A DNA stretch of 44,432 nt, from assembly GCF_001194135.2 (NCBI RefSeq), contig NC_068988.1, positions 32,501,542 to 32,545,973 of the forward strand. Reading direction: 5' to 3'. This document shows, piece after piece, positions 36,629 to 44,432 of this stretch; position 1 is the first letter of the stretch, and every line of letters starts with the position of its first letter. The notes under the pieces are model-generated. The model did not search any database, was not told where the DNA came from, and was given only the letters and a program-made list of their open reading frames with translations. A program made the translations under genes and the position numbers. The DNA comes from Octopus bimaculoides. Taxonomy: Eukaryota.

Positions 36629-37430
36629 TGGTTCCTATTCTGTATCTCATGGTCGCATTGGATCATAAAATCCATTAGGATTTTTGCATTATCATTTTCG
36701 ATGAAACCTTCGGATTTATGTTCCTACAACTTTTTGCTCTTTCAAGTCCATGCTTGTTGCAATACTTTCTATATTGTCATGAGGTCTAATATATTCTTTC
36801 TGGTCTAGTGGCGTGCAATGACTGGTACTATGCCAAACGGTTTCACATTTTGTCCACAAATTCTACAGTTATCACTTTCTGATGTGTTGTTTATTCTGTA
36901 TTTGATGTAATTGGTTCTTAATGCTTGCTCTTGGGCAGCACATATTAGAGCCTTATTTTCCAGTTTTTAATTACTTTTAGTCATCCATAGCCATATTTTT
37001 TCTCTGTCTGTCTTATCTTCAACATCCATATGAAAGTGTCCATGCATTGTTTTCTTTATCCACCTATTTTCAATTTCATTCATTTTCAGGTGCTTGTTCA
37101 GTGATTTATCTCTGCAATCTTCCATCCTACACAAGCCTGACCTTCTTACTTCCACTAATACCGGTACCATTGCGTTTATACATACCATAATATCTATTTT
37201 TATGCTCTACTGTTGTGTACACATTAAATCAGTCCTCATCACACTCTATTTCTTGGTACACACAATCTGTATGTGTCACGTTTTGAGTGGAGTATCCCAT
37301 AGCTTGTCAGAAACTTCCTTAACTTTGTGTCTAAGCTATTACTTCGTCTACTGTCCATCCGATTGCCCCTGTTCTATATCTAACCTAACCAAAAATAAGT
37401 TTGTTTTAATGAGAGAGGTTATTGGAATAT
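36629..37430 (-). mobile_element. Decayed R4/Dong-type (RLE) non-LTR retrotransposon fragment
   Basis: The minus strand gives LDTKLRKFLTSYGILHSKRDTYRL.VPR, WIKKTMHGHF, WLWM, ALICAAQEQALRTNYIKYRI, a CRIC..ETVWH...C zinc knuckle, QKEY.R.HD and ENDNAKILMDFMIQCDHEI.NR (start of the RLE domain), with multiple stops and frameshifts. Confidence 0.88.
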
Positions 37431-37448
37431 GTCCATGTAGTTGCAGTT

Positions 37449-37588
<140 letters not shown>

Positions 37589-37901
37589 CTCTTTATCAGT
37601 GATTTTGTTTGAGCTACAGGAGTCTTGCATGAGTAGCGGGTTTACTACTTGCGGCCTACGGTACCATGCTATTCGCTCTTTTCAGTTAAGAATTTCCTGA
37701 TTATTCTGGCCATATCAGGAAGGCAAATCTTCTGTAACAGTTTTACTGAGGACTCTATTCCAATATCGTTTGTTTTCCTCGTGGTTATTTCTGTTGCTTT
37801 TCCCAAAGACCCAACAATAATTAGCACTATCTTCACCTTCTTCATTTTCCATAGCCAGGCTATTTCGTACTTAAGGGAGTTGTATCTCTCTATCTATTCG
37901 C

Positions 37902-38110
37902 AGGCGGTGAGCTAACACGTTTGTTTGTACCCCGGGCGAAACGCTCAGCTGTATTCCGTTTGCCGCTACGTTCTGAGTTCAAATTCCGCTTCCGTCGACT
38001 GCTTTTCATCTCTTCGCAGTCGATTAGATATGTAAGAGTTGAAGACTGGGCTCGATATAACTGACTCATCCCGTCCTAAAATTGGCTGCCCTTGTGGCAA
38101 AATTTGAAAC
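37902..38110 (+). mobile_element. SINE family C
   Basis: aggcggtgagct...ccgggcgaaacgctcagc...ctacgttctgagttcaaattccg...cttgtggcaaaatttgaaac. Confidence 0.85.
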
Positions 38111-38164
38111 CATTATTGTTAATAATGATAACAACAATAACAACAACAACAACAACTATAATAA

Positions 38165-38373
38165 TCATTTCTGTTATAGACATAAGGCCTGGAATTTGGT
38201 GGAGGGGATAGTCGATCATATCGCTTCCAGTCTTCAACTGGTACTTAATTTATCGATTCCGAAAGGATGAAAGGTAAAGCTGATCTTGGCAGAATTTGAA
38301 CTAAGTACGTTGCGACAAACGAAATATCGTTAAACAATTCCCCCGGCTTGCTAACAGTACTGCCAGCTCACCG
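38165..38373 (-). mobile_element. SINE family C, inverted relative to the 37902 copy
   Basis: The reverse complement reads cggtgagctggcagtactgttagcaagccgggg...gttcaaattctgcc...cctttcatcctttcggaatcgataaattaagtaccag. Confidence 0.85.
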
Positions 38374-38442
38374 AATGACTTTACTCTTTAGTATAGTTAC
38401 TACTTCGATATTTTCTAGAGATTTTACAACTAGCTAATCTAC

Positions 38443-38473
<31 letters not shown>

Positions 38474-38908
38474 NNNNNNNNNNNNNNNNNNNNNNNNNNN
38501 NNNNNNNNNNNNNNNNNNNNNNNNNNNNNNNNNNNNNNNNNNNNNNNNNNNNNNNNNNNNNNNNNNNNNNNNNNNNNNNNNNNNNNNNNNNNNNNNNNNN
38601 NNNNNNNNNNNNNNNNNNNNNNNNNNNNNNNNNNNNNNNNNNNNNNNNNNNNNNNNNNNNNNNNNNNNNNNNNNNNNNNNNNNNNNNNNNNNNNNNNNNN
38701 NNNNNNNNNNNNNNNNNNNNNNNNNNNNNNNNNNNNNNNNNNNNNNNNNNNNNNNNNNNNNNNNNNNNNNNNNNNNNNNNNNNNNNNNNNNNNNNNNNNN
38801 NNNNNNNNNNNNNNNNNNNNNNNNNNNNNNNNNNNNNNNNNNNNNNNNNNNNNNNNNNNNNNNNNNNNNNNNNNNNNNNNNNNNNNNNNNNNNNNNNNNN
38901 NNNNNNNN

Positions 38909-38967
<59 letters not shown>

Positions 38968-39699
38968 ACTGATATGTGCAATATATACTTATGAATGTCA
39001 ATTCAACGTCTTATCTTTTATGACTTGACATATTTGTAAATTTGTTGTTATCTTTAATAATTTTAAGATCACCTTTTTATGAGATCAATGCTGAAAAAAT
39101 GATAATATTTTGAAATACAGATTTTACGGGATTAGATATATCAAATCTCTTAATTCAATATTGTTTACAATATTTCCATTAAAAGCATTTTCTCTGTATC
39201 AAGGACGATAAAAGTAAAATCGTATGCTTTTAGAATTTTAAACAGAATATGATTATAAATAATGGTTAGAATTAATCTGTTTATTGTGAAATTGCTATCG
39301 ATTAAGCAGTAACTGCATCGTAATTTCACATTACTTTAAATTCGCTGTTGAGAGCTGATTTAATCCAGATCTAAAAAAATTGGAGCTCAACTGTTATTCA
39401 GATAAGCGATATATTTGTTACCAAGTTTGTTACCAAGTCTTACCTGACAATTCATTTAATATTAATGTTCTATATCGACACTAACCTGGAACGACTTATT
39501 AAATTACAGTTTGTCCGTAAGACTTTCAATAAACTAATTATCATAAATACTAAACCAGTCTACCACACACTCAGACACACGCATGTGTATATATTTACGA
39601 ATATCTGTATCTGTGTATTGCAGCAAACATGAATGAATATATTTCGATAGACAGACTAACGTATTTCAATTTGGAGAAGGTTGATAATTAAATACGTAA

Positions 39700-39701
<2 letters not shown>

Positions 39702-39738
<37 letters not shown>
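39702..39738. repeat. (GA)n microsatellite
   Basis: Direct reading. Confidence 0.95.
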
Positions 39739-39741
<3 letters not shown>

Positions 39742-40653
39742 AGGGAGAGTGTTTGAGAGAGCGAGAGAGTTGAATAAGATAAAAAAATGAGACATCAAGA
39801 GGAAGACAAGAGAATGTAATACACGACAAGCATTTCTGTATATAACGACTTGTAAACGTATAAACATATATGTCGTTAGTCATGTAGAAGCATATACATC
39901 GACAGGTGGGTAGATATGGTATATTTTATTTAATACATTCGTTATAGCTTCCAGTAATTTATTTCATTAGTTGTTTTAACATATTTAATTTCCTGTTCTA
40001 ATACTTGTATTTCTCATTTTCATATTCTTTATTTTCATTTTTTTTCTATATCTCACATGAATATATAGTAAATCACTGACGTCTCCATTTATACCTCAAG
40101 AAACATGTCTTTTTCACTTGACAACCAATGTAATGTATTCTATGCATATCCTTGTTCGATGAGAAATTTCAAAGATAATATGCCGGTAAAAAATAAATAA
40201 ATCACCAAAAAGAAAACAAAACATGTAAGTAGTATTCAAAAATATCTGCGAGCTAGATAATCTTACGTATGAGGAGTGCTGAAAAAGTATACAAAATAGT
40301 CTCTAAATAATGCGTTGTGTAAAAACAGTATTTATTAAATGTTTGAAAGGTGAGAATATATTATATGATGTATTTATTGTTACCATAGAATAAGTGAAAC
40401 TAGGTGAACATCTGCTTTCGTTTAAAATACTGAAATTTATAAAAGCAGCATCGGCGTGTATTTTTAATGAATATAGGTGTTTTATATTTTACAGGTGTGA
40501 ACAAATAGATAAATGGTATTCTAAATTGAATAATAAATATTAAACCTCTTCTATTAATTTTCAAACGAAAATAGAAAAGTTTCCCGTCACAATTCACACA
40601 TTGTATTTTACTGCTGATTGTATAATAAAGTGTTGATATATTTTAGGACGTTA

Positions 40654-41532
40654 GGACAGCGTGTTGGCAGAATCGTTAGCACGCCGGGCAAAAATCTCTG
40701 GAGATATTTCGATTGTCTTTATGTTCCGAGATTGCCGTTTATTCTTTTGGGTCGATAAAATAACTATCAGGTGAGCATTGGGGTCGTTGTAGCTTAGTTA
40801 CTCCCGAAATAGCTAAACTTGTGGGAATCAATATAATTTGGAATCAATATAATTTAGGAAAATCAAGCGGCGAGCTGGTAGAATCGTTAGCATGACGGGA
40901 AAAAATGCTAAGCGGAATATCATCCATCTTTGTGTTCCAAGTTGAAATTCCGCCACTGTCGGTTTTCCGTTTCATAACTTCGGAGCGGATAAAACGGTAC
41001 TTGTTGAACACTGTGGTCGAGATAATAAACATATTCGCTGCCTCAAAATTGCTGGCTTTGTGCCAAAATTTTCATTCAGTATATTTTAAGATATTAAAGC
41101 GGGTATCTGGCAGTATGGTTAGCACGGTGGCCAAAATGTTTAGCGATATTTTGTCCGTCCTAACGTTCTAAGTTCAGATTCCGCCGGGTTCCACTTTGCT
41201 TTTCATCGCTTCGGAGTCGACGAAGTAAATTTCTTCTGAACACTGAGATCGATGAAATCGATTTATTTCCTCACCCGAACGTGCTGACTTTGTACCAATA
41301 TATTTTTCGGAATTTAAAGTGAGCTGGCAGAATCGATACAACGCCGGGAAATAAAAAGTGCTTAGCGGCATTTCGACTGTCCTTAGGTTCTAAGTTCAAA
41401 TTTCACCAACGTCGAATTTGCCTTTCATCTTTTCGGAGTCAATAAAATAAGTACCAGGAGAAAATTGGCGTCAATGTAATTGACTTACCACCTCTCTGGA
41501 AATTGCTGGTATTGTGCCAGAATTTGAAACAC
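40654..41532 (+). mobile_element. Four head-to-tail, mutually diverged family C SINE copies (about 40654, 40866, 41097, 41316)
   Basis: Each unit starts with a (gc)tggcagaatcgttagc-like head and ends in a cttgtgccaaaattt-like tail; period about 210-230 bp. Confidence 0.85.
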
Positions 41533-42529
41533 ATACATTTTGGAAAGATCTAATGCCATACATAATTTATATTTCTAGGGCCGGGCCTGCTTGGTCAATA
41601 ATAATCCGATCATCATTTATTTAATATTTATGAATTATTATTGATGTGTTTCTAAGAGGGATATAAGAACGAATTATCCGCGGTGTCTTTCGATTGGACT
41701 CATCGGTTTATAAAGTTACCTGATCAAAACATCCAGCAATGATTAATATACAGATTGACCACAGAAAATTAGGATTGTTTTATGTGAGAAGGTGTAACGA
41801 AAATGAATAGTTTACGAATCTATTTCATCCCTTATACCTGCTTAGATTATGTTTTAAATAAAACACCTATGTTGTATATTTAAAAAGAAAATTATTTTAT
41901 GCCTGTGGTTATGAGCCAAAATAAATTTTAGGAAAGATAATCGGCTCCAATTTTTCCTCAGATATCATATTCAAATACAGAATGTACTGATGATGAAACT
42001 AGATTGTTCATAATACTGCACGTATTTAAAGTTTCCCGCAATGTTCTTCTTTTAGTGTACACGTTATTAAGGATTATATACAGCGATCAATTTCGCGCTC
42101 ACTGAACTGAGATATTGGTCAATAACGTTCATATAAGTAATTCGTTGTGTTAGACATACTTAGATTACACTTAAAATGATACAAATATGGAGCAAGACAA
42201 TCAGGTTTACTTCTCTGTGTTAATTAGTGACATGAAGTATCGTTTTCTAATATAAACAAATGCGTAATGATATGTACTTAATGCTACAGTAGTCTTCAGA
42301 AAATGATTTCACAATGCAATCAGTAAATTGTTCAGTGCATGTAATAATATTTTGAAATTGTCTTATAATTTGTACGTCATCAAATAAATGCCGACTAGAT
42401 TAGTGGAAAGACAGTGTTTCTATAAATATATATAGTTTTATTTATTATTAATAATTAATTATGTGTGCTGATTATCAAAATATGCACAACTACAGATAAA
42501 ATGCTTGCTGTATATTTCATCATCTGGCT

Positions 42530-42650
42530 TTTTACATTCTGAGTTCAACTCCTACCGAGGTCAACTTTGCATTCCATTCTTAACGAGGTGATAAAATATG
42601 GTACCAAATAAGTACCAAGTACGACTGAGTCGATTAAAATTTTCTCCAAA
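42530..42650 (+). mobile_element. SINE family C internal fragment
   Basis: ttctgagttcaactcctaccgaggtcaactttgc...gataaaat...aagtacc. Confidence 0.7.
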
Positions 42651-42911
42651 ATTTGAGTTCTGATGAGTATACACAAAACAATTATTTACTTGTTACTTTT
42701 ACCTTCGGATTTCATCGTTCTGTGAGCGATAAGAACTTAGTTATCGAGTGTTCGTGTAGATATGGAAGACTATGTCTTCTTCAAAACCTTGATGTATTTT
42801 ATGGTCAAGGAACACGGTATATTAAACGTGAGTGTGATCCCTTTTCTATTTTATGATCATTACATTCGAAACTTGAATTCATATGGTGTAGCGCAATAAT
42901 GGAAGAATATC

Positions 42912-43830
42912 GGAGTACAGACATTGTTGTATGAATGTGCAGGTTTGGTACATGGGGAGATTGCAAAAACCCTGGTTATATCGTATTCTTGCGTCCACAA
43001 AACACTGCGTTGAAATGATTTCTTTCAAACCTGTACATATGTGTATTAATGTAAAACACGCGTTTTGAGCAATGACGTCCAGTTTCATTTGATCTCGTAT
43101 TCTTGTTCTTATTCGTTCAACTCATAGTAAGTATAACTTATGTTTGAAAAATAAAAGACCAATATGTAACAACTATTATTTCAGTATCTAGAATAAGGAA
43201 ACAGGAACTGCATATCAGGATAGTATAAGTATATTCTGCAAGGTAGTTTACCGTTTGATCTATCATTTCTGCAATTCCAACTGCTAATAATTAGTATTTG
43301 TTATCTTGTGTATAACAGTAAATATTTCTGAAATGTCCGAAAACAGAGGGAAAGCTTAGGCACTTGATTTGTCCGCAAAACATTTTATCAAATATAGAAC
43401 TCGGAAGAGTAGAAGGTGAGTTTGAACGCTGTGATTTGAATATGCAGGAAACTTGACGCGGCTACGAGTACATGCAATGCTGTAAAACATTTGATACCCA
43501 AGTGGAATTCGAAATCAACCAAGAAAAGAAGTGATAGAAGAAATCGAAGCATTTAACCGTCTAAACACGAAGCAAATCATATCAGAAGTTAAACCACAGT
43601 GGATTGATAAATGCGTCAAATAAAGCTCTTTCAAAACCCTCAAAATCAGCTTCATGATTTCGGTAGCAAAGAAGTAGGCAACTTCATGAAAAATCATGAG
43701 CAAAGGATGTATCAAAGTGTGACAAGGCACCATACAAAGTGGACAAGTATTCTGTTCAATCAGACTATAAGCTATTTCGTAGAGAGTTGAGTCGTAAAAG
43801 CGAACTGGTTGATGATTAGTGCAACGCAGA
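42912..43830 (+). mobile_element. Heavily decayed Tc1-like transposase remnants (two pieces, about 42912-43090 and 43530-43830)
   Basis: GLVHGEIAKTLVISYSCVHKTLR resembles the paired-like HTH. NRLNTKQIISEV...VAKK and RHHTKWTSILFNQT resemble the AxKKP and WxxVLFSDE regions. There are many stops, and no TIRs were found. Confidence 0.45.
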
Positions 43831-44390
43831 AGTTCTTTGCATTTATAATGTAATGTGTTACTAAAGATAAACTACAACTGATTTTCTGAGTATACAGTGG
43901 TATGAAATACATAACGGAAATTCATTAAAAGCAACTGAATAAGGAATCAGTGTGTATAATATTATAAAATCTGATAGTAACTTTCGCAAAATATGTATTT
44001 TGTTTACCAAACCTTTCTGTGTGTCTGTACACTCTGCCCCATTACATAAATGTAGTAAGTTTGGTTTGTCTCGCTCTGAATATTTTGGAATATTTTACTT
44101 TAAAGGAAAAATGAGTGGTATACATAATGCAAAATGCGTTGAGGTTTAACGTGTAGTGGTAAGATGATTTGGCTCATCAAATTCGAAGAGAAATACGTTT
44201 GTTTATTGTATTGTATTCAGATGTTGTGGAAGTATCGCAGAAAATATTAATTTTGAACTCTACTTCTAGTCGAATCACAAGTCATTAACAAAAAACGTCT
44301 ACATTCATTAGAAATACGAAGATTGAAAATGAATAATCTAGAATAGTTTCTATCCGCTAACAAGTCAGAGATTTTTCTTGAAACATAGTG

Positions 44391-44432
<42 letters not shown>

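Overview
AT-rich, microsatellite-dense animal DNA with 11 assembly gaps, nearly all abutting (TA)n tracts. The SINE and repeat families look like those I recognise from octopus genomes (inference from memory, not a database search). No complete, recognisable host protein-coding gene is visible, and almost all ORFs in the track are microsatellite or N artefacts. The supportable content is: (i) about 17 tRNA-derived SINE copies from 4-5 families; (ii) decayed fragments of an RTE LINE (with a 9-bp TSD), a GIY-YIG Penelope-like element, an R4/Dong-type RLE retrotransposon and a probable Tc1 transposase; (iii) two long fold-back elements; (iv) two CpG-richer + strand Pol II promoter-like islands. 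The island at about 6.15-6.8 kb has twin MEF2 sites, an E-box, a TATA box and hairpin repeats. The island at about 15.1-15.8 kb has four CACGTG boxes, CCAAT, TATA, three uORFs and a candidate first coding exon. (v) A 1.2-kb region at 19.1-20.35 kb has nested long-range complementarity and a cUUCGg hairpin domain that I cannot assign to any known RNA family; this is the best candidate for something undescribed. All structure calls were made by eye and need computational and expression tests.
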